Shown here piece by piece: positions 1 through 9,660 of a DNA stretch of 64,000 bases. Under the pieces are notes generated by a model that did not search any database, had not been told where the DNA came from, and saw only the letters and a program-made list of their open reading frames with translations. Position 1 is the stretch's first letter. The number at the start of each line of letters is the position of its first letter. A program made the translations under genes and the position numbers. The stretch is taken from the IMG/VR virus record IMGVR_UViG_3300044797_000098, positions 342,471-406,470 of that record. One strand, 5' to 3'.

Positions 1-982
1 TAATTTTATTAGGTGGAAGATATAGATTTTTAATCTGGATATAAGTATTATTATACGGATAGGCTACGACTCGTATTTTGTTATTTGTTTTATTTTCTAT
101 GAATGCCCTGAATGATTCCATCACTTTACCATCATATTCAGGATACATTTTATCAATGAGAATAATCGGTTTTTGAGTTTGAGAATCAATTGTATATCTA
201 ACAACTGACCTTCTTATCATTTTTGATCCAAGACCATCAACATCTTTTCCTGATGTTAAATATATTATACCAACACAAGGATCAATAAGTGAGCCAACTA
301 ATTGTGTCTTAAATCTTCCACCCCAACTTTGACAAGACTTTATTCCACGCATAGACATTGTTGCAATGTCCCATAACCCTTCATTGCCATTTGATGAAAA
401 AACTATTTGATAGTTTTTCATTGGAACATTATCGGTGCTAAATCGTTTAAAATCTTTCATTTCTTCGAGTTTTGGAAGCACTTTACCTATGTGCAATGAT
501 TTAATTTCATTATATATTTTATTATATACTTTAAATATGCTTTCGTTTTCTCTGAAAACAATTTTGCCTTGTTGATCGAGAACATCATATGTCAATTTTA
601 TCGTTATTTTACCATCATCTGATGTTTTAACAAAACTGGATATGTTATAGGTATCTGGCATTCTTTCAACAACATATCTCCAATAATTAAGTCTATTGAT
701 TTTTTCGATTGTTTTAGGGTTTTTATTATGATTTTTATTTTCTAAAACATACGACTTGGCTCTAATCTTATTAGAAAGAATATAATATATTGACCAAAAT
801 AAATTATTACCAGCCTCTTTTGCAATGTCAGAATTGTCGAACTTACAAGTTTCGGAACAATTAAATAATCCTATTGATGGAAAAACTTTACTTACTTTTG
901 TCAATGATGTAAGTTTTTTATGACTTACAAGAAACTTCGGAAGTTTTTCATTTTTTAGAAACTCTTGAATGTTAGTCCGCAT
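1..982 (-). CDS. Hypothetical protein, paralog of 991-2583 and 2591-3994; runs off the window edge
   Basis: Absent from the ORF track. Manual translation from ATG 982 gives MRTNIQEFLKNEKLPKFLVSHKK..KVFPSIGLFNC and later WDIATMSMRGIKSCQSW..GSLIDP..GIIYLTSG..GSKMIRR, matching the two neighbours. Confidence 0.85.
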   Translation of the reverse strand, partial: MRTNIQEFLKNEKLPKFLVSHKKLTSLTKVSKVFPSIGLFNCSETCKFDNSDIAKEAGNNLFWSIYYILSNKIRAKSYVLENKNHNKNPKTIEKINRLNYWRYVVERMPDTYNISSFVKTSDDGKITIKLTYDVLDQQGKIVFRENESIFKVYNKIYNEIKSLHIGKVLPKLEEMKDFKRFSTDNVPMKNYQIVFSSNGNEGLWDIATMSMRGIKSCQSWGGRFKTQLVGSLIDPCVGIIYLTSGKDVDGLGSKMIRRSVVRYTIDSQTQKPIILIDKMYPEYDGKVMESFRAFIENKTNNKIRVVAYPYNNTYIQIKNLYLPPNKI

Positions 983-990
983 ATTATGAC

Positions 991-2583
991 CTATGGAAGT
1001 GGCAAGGGTTCGATTTTCATTTCGTTTCTTTTATCAACTACTTTTTTCAACTCTTCTTTTATTTCTTTTTCCATCAATGGGAAAACACTTTGCATCAATG
1101 GCACGAAGTTTCTTATACCGAAACGATGTCCTGCTTTTAGATACAACTCACCGTTTAGTTTTTTAATCAGTTCATTCTTTGACGAATGAATGGCTTTATT
1201 TCTATGATTGAAAAAACTATAATATACACGACGAATATAAGTATCAGAATTAGTAAATTGTGTCTTATCAACATTATCAATTATTTGTTTGGCAAGACTA
1301 CTACCGATAGCATTCAATGTATGATCATATGAATAGTATCTATTTTTATTTGGAAGAATAAGCAATTTCATTGCTGGCTTTATTGTTCTTGGAACTTTTT
1401 CTATATCTATTTTTTTAATAGCATCAACAAATGCTTTTGAAAAGATTTTTATGAACTTATTCTCTTTTTTCCTGCTATTTTTGTCGAATAAGACTGCTTG
1501 TTTGTCTTTTTTATTGCCAGATTGATTTTTAATTTTACAATCCTGATATGACTGAATCGATTCATATTCATCATACGGACGAGATTTACCTTCCCTGCTG
1601 GTGTCTTTTAGTTTCTTTCTAATTGGATTTAGTGGAAGATATGACTCTTGTAATAATTTGTAATCCATATTTTCAGCATAAAAAACATCGAACTTGTTAT
1701 TGGTTTTTGTTTCTATAAACTTTTTAAATTGAGCAATAACTTTATTATCGCCCGATGGATACATTCTGTCGATTAGAATATACGGTTTATGGTTTTTACC
1801 ATCAATAACGAACCTAACAACGCATCGCCGAACCATTTTACTACCATATTCATTAAACTTACCATTGGTCGTCATATAAATTATGCCAACGAATGGATCT
1901 ATGACTGAACCTATTGTGCAATACTTGTATTCTCCTCTATCCCAACTTTGGCAGGAAGATATACCACGCATTGACATAGTGCCAATATCCCAAGCACCTT
2001 CTGCACCATCGGATGAAAATACTATTTTGAACCCATTATTCGGAATGTTGTCCGTGCTAAATGCTTTAAACGAATAAGCGTTCTCCAACGGATCTAATCC
2101 AGCAACATTTGCCTCTTGAAGCATTTCGCTTAATTTATTATATACTCGGAATAGACTTTCATTCTTTCTGAAAACTGGTCTATTATCGCCTTCTATTGTT
2201 ATGTTGTCGGATAGTTTTAATGAAACTCGACCGTTATTAACTTGAATAATATCGTTGGATTTTTTTAATTGATTGAAAACTGCTTGAAGCAGGGTGGAAC
2301 AATTTTCTGTTTTTTCTTTATTGACTTTGTTTTTTATTGTCTTTTTATGCCTATTAAGTAATGTAATGCTGTATGATATTATAGCATTAATATCACCAAT
2401 CAAAATACCAGCAGATTGCTTTGCTTGATCTATATTATCTACATTCGCATCCTCAATACAATTAGGAAGTCCTATTGACGGAAAGACTTTTTTGATCGTC
2501 TTTACTTCCTTGAAAATGGGATGAGACGAAAACCATTTAGGATATTTTTTGTCTTTAAAGATTTCTTTTATTGGTGTTGCCAT
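991..2583 (-). CDS. Hypothetical protein (SMRGISSCQ family, copy 2)
   Basis: 530-aa ORF sharing the FSSDG-EG-WDI-TMSMRGISSCQ-W, DPF-GIIY, YGSKM-RRC and ID-MYP blocks. Confidence 0.9.
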   Translation of the reverse strand: MATPIKEIFKDKKYPKWFSSHPIFKEVKTIKKVFPSIGLPNCIEDANVDNIDQAKQSAGILIGDINAIISYSITLLNRHKKTIKNKVNKEKTENCSTLLQAVFNQLKKSNDIIQVNNGRVSLKLSDNITIEGDNRPVFRKNESLFRVYNKLSEMLQEANVAGLDPLENAYSFKAFSTDNIPNNGFKIVFSSDGAEGAWDIGTMSMRGISSCQSWDRGEYKYCTIGSVIDPFVGIIYMTTNGKFNEYGSKMVRRCVVRFVIDGKNHKPYILIDRMYPSGDNKVIAQFKKFIETKTNNKFDVFYAENMDYKLLQESYLPLNPIRKKLKDTSREGKSRPYDEYESIQSYQDCKIKNQSGNKKDKQAVLFDKNSRKKENKFIKIFSKAFVDAIKKIDIEKVPRTIKPAMKLLILPNKNRYYSYDHTLNAIGSSLAKQIIDNVDKTQFTNSDTYIRRVYYSFFNHRNKAIHSSKNELIKKLNGELYLKAGHRFGIRNFVPLMQSVFPLMEKEIKEELKKVVDKRNEMKIEPLPLP

Positions 2584-2590
2584 TATGATC

Positions 2591-3994
2591 TCATAGGTAT
2601 TTAGAATAGATTTTTGCGTATTTTGACTTCGGTGATTTCGGTTTCTTTGAAAGTTTTGCTAACTCTTTATTTATAATTGGAATTACTTTCTTTGATGCTT
2701 CTGATACGATTTTTTTTCTTATATTTTCAGTCTTTTTTGAAGGTGAAAAAAAACCATACCATACATCACTCATATGGTTGTTTATGGCTTTCTTTACATC
2801 TTCCACATCAGATTTAAATTCTGGTTTGGTTATATACCGCGGATTATCATTCCACAATCTTAAATCATCTAAAACATTAACATAATCGACATCTTTATTT
2901 TTTACATCTCTAATAACATTTTTATATTCTTCGGGAACATCTGCGAGTTTTAATTTTTTCACACACGATATAAAACTTTTTGCTACTGCATTATCAATTC
3001 GATCTGATATTTTTTCCAATTCTCTACCGGTCCTATCATCATAAGTTTCATCATCAGTTTCATCATCATAATCGATCTCATTATCGCGATATGATCTGCA
3101 ATCGTAATCTAAATTGCTAACTACTTCGCTTGTCGGTATAACAACATTGGAACGCAACCCATTTTTTAAATCGATTATATCGAACTTGTTTTTAGTTTTT
3201 TCTTTTAGAAAAGTAATGAACTCTTTCATTACGGCTTTATTATATTCAGGATACATAGTATCTATAACAATGCTTGGTTCTTTGCTTCGTTCTTTTACAA
3301 CGAACCTAACAATACATCGACGAAGCATCTTGCTACCATAATCTGTTTTTGTGCCAGAGGTTAGATATATAATACCAGTGAATGGATCGACAATTGATCC
3401 GACTAATTTACCACAATACTCCTTACCCCAGCCCTGACACGAAGATATACCACGCATTGACATCGTAGCAATATCCCATAGTCCTTCCATACCATCGGAA
3501 GAAAAACGAACTGTATGTTTAGCGTTTGGTATATTTATTGAACTGAATTGCTTAAAAGCACTAATGTTTTCTAACGCTGGAAGATATGATTGGTATTGTT
3601 TATGTAATTTATTATATACTTTGAATACACCCTCGCCTTGTTTGAACACAATTTTTTTATCTTTATCCGCAATAGGTTTTGTGAGATTGAGGGATATTTT
3701 ACCATCTTTTTTTACAACCGATTTAACAAGAGTATTAGATAGATTGCTTATCAATGTATAGTCTTGTTTATAAATAGGAATATAATTATGTAATGCACAA
3801 CTCATATTTTCAACTAAATTTAACGCAGTTTCCTTTATTTCTTCTGTGTTATCTATGCTTACAACTTTTTCACAATTAGGAAGTCCAATATCTGGGAAGA
3901 TTTTCCTTACAACTTTTACTGTTTTGAATATAGGATGTTGTCTTATGAAGACAGGAAAATCTTTTTTAGCGAATATCTGTTTTACTGTTGGCAT
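2591..3994 (-). CDS. Hypothetical protein (SMRGISSCQ family, copy 3)
   Basis: 467-aa ORF with the same conserved blocks. Confidence 0.9.
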   Translation of the reverse strand: MPTVKQIFAKKDFPVFIRQHPIFKTVKVVRKIFPDIGLPNCEKVVSIDNTEEIKETALNLVENMSCALHNYIPIYKQDYTLISNLSNTLVKSVVKKDGKISLNLTKPIADKDKKIVFKQGEGVFKVYNKLHKQYQSYLPALENISAFKQFSSINIPNAKHTVRFSSDGMEGLWDIATMSMRGISSCQGWGKEYCGKLVGSIVDPFTGIIYLTSGTKTDYGSKMLRRCIVRFVVKERSKEPSIVIDTMYPEYNKAVMKEFITFLKEKTKNKFDIIDLKNGLRSNVVIPTSEVVSNLDYDCRSYRDNEIDYDDETDDETYDDRTGRELEKISDRIDNAVAKSFISCVKKLKLADVPEEYKNVIRDVKNKDVDYVNVLDDLRLWNDNPRYITKPEFKSDVEDVKKAINNHMSDVWYGFFSPSKKTENIRKKIVSEASKKVIPIINKELAKLSKKPKSPKSKYAKIYSKYL

Positions 3995-4190
3995 AATTTA
4001 TAGTCCTGTGATTTGTTTTCGATAGATTTCAATCTGTTCTGTTGTTAATTTATCTGAACTCTCTACACGAACTGCGAATGGAAGCCTTGCAAGTTCCCAT
4101 TTAGCAACTCCTTCGTGATCATATTCCCAATATGCAATGTCTCCACGCGACGAAGTAATCATTAGAAAATATGTTGCCATTTTTCTTCTC

Positions 4191-4574
4191 CTACGAGGTT
4201 TTATTAACAAGAAACTCTAAATCATTAAATTTCAATAGTAATTCTCGTGTGCGAGACAATCTTGAATTATTCGCTTTGGTTTTTATTTTTTCTTCTATTT
4301 TTGTGCGCAATGCTATGTATGCTCTATCAATCCAAGGCTGTTCCAATTTTATTCCACCGATATACACATTTGGAAACTTTGATTGTGGCTGTCCGCCAGT
4401 TCCCGAATAACTCATAAATCCAGATCGTAATAATCTAAAAACTTTTTCTGGTCTGTAATCGCTAACGACTATTTGTTCAGGTATCTTTAAATTGTATGAT
4501 GGAATTACGAATGAATACTCATTACAATAAGCCATCATTTTCATTAATTGATCCATTGTTGGCTGTGATATCAT
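4191..4574 (-). CDS. Hypothetical protein
   Basis: 127-aa ORF in the tightly packed minus-strand run. Confidence 0.7.
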   Translation of the reverse strand: MISQPTMDQLMKMMAYCNEYSFVIPSYNLKIPEQIVVSDYRPEKVFRLLRSGFMSYSGTGGQPQSKFPNVYIGGIKLEQPWIDRAYIALRTKIEEKIKTKANNSRLSRTRELLLKFNDLEFLVNKTS

Positions 4575-4737
4575 TTGATTAATCCAATATGTTTGAACAA
4601 TTCAACATTAAATTCACCGAATGTTTTTCCTTTAATAAGGATATCTGGTTCTAACCAACGCACAATGCCTTCATCACTTTCAACTATCGTTCCCGTATAT
4701 GATTTTGGTGTAAAAACTTTAACGTTCCTATCCATAT

Positions 4738-5112
4738 TCATACCAGCGTTAAATACTTTGCTAAGTTTTCTTTGCCATATATTTTCTTGTTATCGAGAGC
4801 CTTTATATGTTTGCCATCGATATAGTATTCTGTTGTTTTGCCATGGTTTCTAATAATTGCCGGACCATCATCACGATGATTGACATATCCGGATGCCACA
4901 TATTTATTGTATGTTTTTATTCCATGAGAATACTCATTAGCATAACCATCTGGTGTTCTCCAACTTTTCGAGATACCATAACCATCTTTTCTATAAGATA
5001 TGAAAAAATTAGGTAATTTTATTTCTGAGTTAATTCCGAATCGATCGGCAAGTTTATATATTTGAAACTGCGTTTCTAATACTACATATTTTATATATTC
5101 AATAGCGATCAT
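4738..5112 (-). CDS. HR(E/D)DGPA-motif phage protein with conserved LDNKKIYGKENL-KYLTLV tail
   Basis: HRDDGPA motif; C-terminus nearly identical to 35423-35692 and similar to 42148-42414. Confidence 0.8.
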   Translation of the reverse strand: MIAIEYIKYVVLETQFQIYKLADRFGINSEIKLPNFFISYRKDGYGISKSWRTPDGYANEYSHGIKTYNKYVASGYVNHRDDGPAIIRNHGKTTEYYIDGKHIKALDNKKIYGKENLAKYLTLV

Positions 5113-5115
5113 AAA

Positions 5116-6105
5116 TCAATTCTCTTTACACACATTCACATAAAAAACATTACCATCAATTTCAATCTTTTTTGCATCCTTAGGATCATCATTATATGAC
5201 ATCAGTGCAATTTCATTCGCGAGCAGTTCTTTTTTCAACTTATCTTTATACTTTACGATGACATTAGCGGGTTTTGGCATACAAAAGATTTCGATATATA
5301 CTCGATCTGTCAATTCCAATTCGAGTTCTTTACGCACATTTTGCAATGCAGACTTAAAATCAGCAATAAATCCTCTTTCCAATAACTCATCGTTCAAGTT
5401 AGTATCAAGAATGATTACCCCTGATTTATTCGATGAGGAAGCATAACCCGCTTTTGATACGAACTCAACTTCAATATCTGCTAATGTTAGATCAATATCG
5501 CACATTCTAACTGCTTCTTTGTTTTCGAGCAGTTTATACAAGTCTTTACGATCAGCAAAACTCATCTTTGCCAGTTCAATTTTCAACGCATTACCTTGCT
5601 TGCCTCGTCCAGTTTTGCCAAGATTTCTAAAATTAGGCTTCAATACCATATCGGTGAATTGATTTGTGTCTTCGACGAATACAACTTTATCAACATTTAA
5701 TTCATCGCCAAGCACATTAGCGTAATCGTTGTTCTTGCAATCAACATACACCATATAATTTTGCACTTGTTTATCTGCGAATAACACATATGCTGTGCTC
5801 AATGGTTGTCGATTACGGATTTTAACTTCCGCACGAACCTTATGTCCCATCTCGCACATATCACGAATTGACCGCATACGATAGATTAGTTCGTAATCGA
5901 TATCACCAACTGGTGATTTATTTACACTAACGATAGCGAAGTTCGGATCGTTTTGATATTCCGCCTGATATTCTTTGATCAACTGATCTGATTTATCATC
6001 AATGGAATTGAACGAGGCGAATGCAGTCCATTGCTGAACAACACCTTCATCATTTGTGGAATTATAGCGAATTGTGTATTCACGCACGGTTTTTGTTTCC
6101 CTCAA
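5116..6105 (-). CDS. Stand-alone isoleucyl-tRNA synthetase (type 2) C-terminal region, no catalytic domain
   Basis: GHKVRAEVKIRNRQPL, ELNVDKV, LKPNFRNLGK and LDTNLNDELLERG..QNVRKELELELTDRV match the IleRS2 C-terminal (DUF5915-type) pattern. No HIGH or KMSKS motif. Confidence 0.8.
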   Translation of the reverse strand: MRETKTVREYTIRYNSTNDEGVVQQWTAFASFNSIDDKSDQLIKEYQAEYQNDPNFAIVSVNKSPVGDIDYELIYRMRSIRDMCEMGHKVRAEVKIRNRQPLSTAYVLFADKQVQNYMVYVDCKNNDYANVLGDELNVDKVVFVEDTNQFTDMVLKPNFRNLGKTGRGKQGNALKIELAKMSFADRKDLYKLLENKEAVRMCDIDLTLADIEVEFVSKAGYASSSNKSGVIILDTNLNDELLERGFIADFKSALQNVRKELELELTDRVYIEIFCMPKPANVIVKYKDKLKKELLANEIALMSYNDDPKDAKKIEIDGNVFYVNVCKEN

Positions 6106-6327
6106 TCAGTCCTGTTGCATTCCAGTCTTTACCATTGATCCACTGCATAAGATTTGCAATACCAGTTAGATTTTCTACAACACCGGCTTTACGGAAGTTT
6201 TTACTTGGTTCTCTTGCTACATAATAGATATGACCGCCCCAAAATTGATCGCCCATATAATTGATAGACATTTCTCTACCATTATTTTCTTCTTCCCAAG
6301 ATATTCCGCCATCCATATCTATAATCA

Positions 6328-6807
6328 TTACAAAATCGCCTTGCTAAATTGTTTATAGTCTTTATATTGTTTAGTAATCCTATTCCAAAATCCCCACGAA
6401 TTATTTTTTCTACTACCAGTGAAAAACAATGTCCAAGGCCCATTATTTTCATCAATAAGTTCAACGCGATGAAAATCATTGTGTGTGAAAAAATTGAATG
6501 ACAATGGCTTTACAAAACGACGAGTGATTGTATCATCGGGATTGCGTCGTTCTTCCCAATAACCTTGCGTCAATACGAAACTGAATGCCCACTTTGCAGG
6601 ATGATGATGCAACAAGTATGTTTTTCCACCAACACCATCATTAGGATCAGTATCTAAATCGCTACTTCGGAAGTGGTGTAAAAATAGGTTTCCCAACTCT
6701 CTATCTTTCAATAATAGGTAATATCTTGTTAGATACGGATTGCCATCTGGTTTTGGAATTGTGATATTTGGGATATGTTCAATCAACGAACGAAGAATAG
6801 TAAGCAT
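6328..6807 (-). CDS. Phage cupin-like His-rich hypothetical protein
   Basis: PYLTRYY..LFLHHF..D..HHHP..GYWEE..FHRVEL..WTLFFTG..WGF pattern; GGAGAG RBS upstream. Confidence 0.6.
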   Translation of the reverse strand: MLTILRSLIEHIPNITIPKPDGNPYLTRYYLLLKDRELGNLFLHHFRSSDLDTDPNDGVGGKTYLLHHHPAKWAFSFVLTQGYWEERRNPDDTITRRFVKPLSFNFFTHNDFHRVELIDENNGPWTLFFTGSRKNNSWGFWNRITKQYKDYKQFSKAIL

Positions 6808-6825
6808 TGTTCTCTCCTAAAAATT

Positions 6826-7033
6826 GCGGGAATGACCACACTTTTGTGGTTTGGCATTTAACTTTGTCCAGTTTTCACTCTTATGAATAACGCTTTGCTA
6901 TTCACCGCTTCGGGCACATTCAGCAGCGAGTGAAAGGGATTTAGTTTATTGCTTGCGGGCACGCCTCTGATGATTGGTTAGATTATCTTTCAACTTTGGA
7001 CATTTACTTTAAATCTAAAAAATCCATTCCCTG
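6826..7033 (-). ncRNA. Candidate ~205-nt structured RNA
   Basis: Intergenic and starts at the predicted TSS of promoter 7039-7067. Nested pairings GGGAAUG/CAUUCCC, AUUUAA/UUAAAU, UGUCCA/UGGACA, UUUCACUC/GAGUGAAA; hairpin UGAAUAGC-AAAGC-GUUAUUCA. Confidence 0.6.
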
Positions 7034-7038
7034 TTAAT

Positions 7039-7067
7039 ATTGTAAGCACTAACCCGACACCCGTCAA
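7039..7067 (-). promoter_or_regulatory. sigma70-type promoter
   Basis: TTGACG-17nt-TACAAT. Confidence 0.8.
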
Positions 7068-7567
7068 GGGGCTTTTGACTTTTTGTCCTTATTAGAAACA
7101 ACTCTTGGCATTTCAACACCGAAGATAGTTCGATATATATTTGCCAAGCAAGTTTCCGAGCATGCAACTCTATTCGGTAAGTCCTGCGTTTCATATGCCT
7201 TGTTCATATTGCCAATGGGTTTTTGGCAACTACAACATTTGGCCATACTTTTGAATGTTGATTGTGCCCATCGTTCAAGTTTTTCGAGGTCTTTTTTATT
7301 ATGTGGACCGAAGTATGTTTTCGTTCCTTTACCGTCGTGATTGACAAGTGATATGAGTTTTCGTTCATCCCAATATGAATTATTCCACTCATCTAAAATA
7401 CGAATAGCAACATTTACTGCATCGATAGGACTTAATAGATTTTTTTGTTCCCCCAAAAACTTTGCAGGAAGTATGTCTTTACCAGCATATTTTTTACCAC
7501 CACAAGATATTTCAACAACTAATTGATTATCTTCGTAATATCGTTGGCGACTCGTAAAAAAAGACAA
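7064..7567 (-). CDS. Hypothetical protein with C-terminal Cys cluster
   Basis: Likely TTG start at 7567 after GGAGGTG; CCSC..CSETC motif. Confidence 0.7.
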   Translation of the reverse strand: MSFFTSRQRYYEDNQLVVEISCGGKKYAGKDILPAKFLGEQKNLLSPIDAVNVAIRILDEWNNSYWDERKLISLVNHDGKGTKTYFGPHNKKDLEKLERWAQSTFKSMAKCCSCQKPIGNMNKAYETQDLPNRVACSETCLANIYRTIFGVEMPRVVSNKDKKSKAP

Positions 7568-7636
7568 AATACACCTCCAAAAAATTATCTTTGTCGATAT
7601 ATACATATAACCACATATGAATATATGGAGACAAAA

Positions 7637-8479
7637 ATGACAAGAAAACAAAGATCGGATACGATTATTTTAGACAAAAACCAATTACAAAATGACTATA
7701 ATGAATTAAAAAGTGTAAGGAAGGTTGGTAAAAAATACGGTATTTCTCGTGAAACGGTAAGAAAATATATACATTTATATAATCTTAATTATATTAAACC
7801 AATTAAATATAATTGTAATGAAAATTTTTTCAATGAAGAAACTGAATCTGCATATTATTTTGCTGGATTTTTAGCAGCCGATGGCTGCCTATTTAAGAAA
7901 AAAGGAGAAAGTTATGAAGTCAAACTCACACTGAAAGACACCGACAAAGATATTTTATTTAAATTTAAACAATCAATTAATTCTGATGCACCAGTAATTG
8001 AGACGAAAAGATTGTGTAGAGTTTTTACTAGATATTTCAATATAACAACAGCGCAATTTAGAATTGCATCTAAAATTGTGTTCAATAATCTAAAACAAAA
8101 GTTTCAATTAACTCCTCGTAAATCATTAACTCTTAAATTTCCGATAAAACTAAAAAACAACGAGTTAATTAGACATTTCATTCGTGGTTATTTCGATGGT
8201 GATGGGTCGATTTATATCAATCATACAGATAAAAAAAGTGGTATAAAACATATGCGAATTAGTATTGTAGGAACAAAACATATGTTGGAAAACATTAGAT
8301 ATGTATTAATGCGTGAATGCATAATAAAAAAGGGAACAATTATAAAAATTAATAATATTTATGAACTTCGATATGGCGGTAATAATATTGTGTATGCTAT
8401 ATATAAATATTTATATAAAGATGCTACATTATTTCTTGAACGAAAAAAACTTAAATTTGAATATATCTCACCAAGATAG
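7637..8479 (+). CDS. Free-standing LAGLIDADG homing endonuclease with N-terminal HTH
   Basis: Two motifs, YYFAGFLAADG and HFIRGYFDGDGSI; very AT-rich; opposite strand to neighbours; GGAG RBS before ATG 7637. Confidence 0.9.
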   Translation: MTRKQRSDTIILDKNQLQNDYNELKSVRKVGKKYGISRETVRKYIHLYNLNYIKPIKYNCNENFFNEETESAYYFAGFLAADGCLFKKKGESYEVKLTLKDTDKDILFKFKQSINSDAPVIETKRLCRVFTRYFNITTAQFRIASKIVFNNLKQKFQLTPRKSLTLKFPIKLKNNELIRHFIRGYFDGDGSIYINHTDKKSGIKHMRISIVGTKHMLENIRYVLMRECIIKKGTIIKINNIYELRYGGNNIVYAIYKYLYKDATLFLERKKLKFEYISPR

Positions 8480-8481
8480 TT

Positions 8482-9321
8482 TTACCTCAATCTTTCGAAT
8501 GTTTCAACGAACCTGTTCCAATACTTCTTTTCAAGAATGGTTTCGAACTCCATCCACTCGAACTCTTCCTTCAATGCATCAAAATCAATTTCATATTCCG
8601 AAAACTCTAATTCTTCATCTTCAATGATTTTAAACTCGACTAATTGCTTATTCAGGGAATAGTTCGCCCTGTTCTCTTCTTTGGAAAGAAACTCTGCTAA
8701 CTTTTCTGGATCACTTGCAATTGCAATAGCCTTCTTCTTGCTAATCAGCGAGGGAATGTTGTCGCTCGTATCACCATTCAATGTTAGGAATGTTAGGAAG
8801 TGATAGTCTGGCGGGACAACATATGCTTTGAGTGCGTGGCTATATACTTTTAGATTATCATAACCTTTTTGCAATAACTGAATATAATCTTTATCCGACG
8901 ATATGACAATTAGTTCTTCGTCTCGTAATGTAGAAACTAATGTTGCAATAACATCGTCTGCTTCGTATCTATTTGATTTTACTTGTGTAATTGGAAGATA
9001 TTTTAGTAATTTTAGAATGATATTATATTGGCGAAGGAAGTCATCTCGTTTCTTTTGCTTATCATCCGATCCTACTTTGATGATACGGTTTGCTTTATAT
9101 TCGGAAAATAATTCATATCGGAAGCACGAATTGCCCTCGGTCGCAAAAAACACTTTATCGGGATCGAACTGCTCAATCAATGCACGGGTGTTGCGGAAAA
9201 AATTATATACTGCCGTGAAACTTTCTTTGTCTTCATCTTCTGGTTTTGGTTTTCCGAATGTTATATTACTGCGATATCCGAAGTTAAGTCCATCGATCAG
9301 TAATATCTTGTCTTTGCTCAT
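8482..9321 (-). CDS. 5'-3' exonuclease / flap endonuclease (Pol I N-terminal or T4 RNase H-like)
   Basis: LLIDGLN, FRYELFSEYKANR, YEADDVIATL, ISSDKDYIQL, GDTSDNIP. Confidence 0.92.
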   Translation of the reverse strand: MSKDKILLIDGLNFGYRSNITFGKPKPEDEDKESFTAVYNFFRNTRALIEQFDPDKVFFATEGNSCFRYELFSEYKANRIIKVGSDDKQKKRDDFLRQYNIILKLLKYLPITQVKSNRYEADDVIATLVSTLRDEELIVISSDKDYIQLLQKGYDNLKVYSHALKAYVVPPDYHFLTFLTLNGDTSDNIPSLISKKKAIAIASDPEKLAEFLSKEENRANYSLNKQLVEFKIIEDEELEFSEYEIDFDALKEEFEWMEFETILEKKYWNRFVETFERLR

Positions 9322-9438
9322 TATGATGATGTCTCTTTACTTTCCTAACATACCCTTCAACCGACAATATAATAATAACTAACAATCCAGCGAATGCAAG
9401 TGGATGCCGTCGAATAAAATTAACCATCTATTAGAATG

Positions 9439-9660
9439 CTACATTAGCAATAGATATTTTTCTATGCCTTCTCTGTATTTGGAATACCAATCACATTGCC
9501 TTATATAATCTAATGGCTCGTGCCCATATTCTTTCCTAATGAAAACTATCAGTCTAACAACTTCGCGTGAAACATCTAATCTCTGTTCCTCACATAATTT
9601 AATTATTTCAGACCAAGTGTTGGTTTTACATAACTGTTTGTAATCAAGCACAATATACAA
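9439..9660 (-). CDS. Small protein related to the 28479-29642 family
   Basis: W..II...E...LDV...V and EKYLLLM tail. Confidence 0.65.
   Translation of the reverse strand: MYIVLDYKQLCKTNTWSEIIKLCEEQRLDVSREVVRLIVFIRKEYGHEPLDYIRQCDWYSKYREGIEKYLLLM

Noticed and set aside
7523-8479. Group I intron or intein around the LAGLIDADG gene
   Set aside because: The gene is antisense to intact flanking genes with almost no spacer for a ribozyme core, and there are no intein splice motifs.
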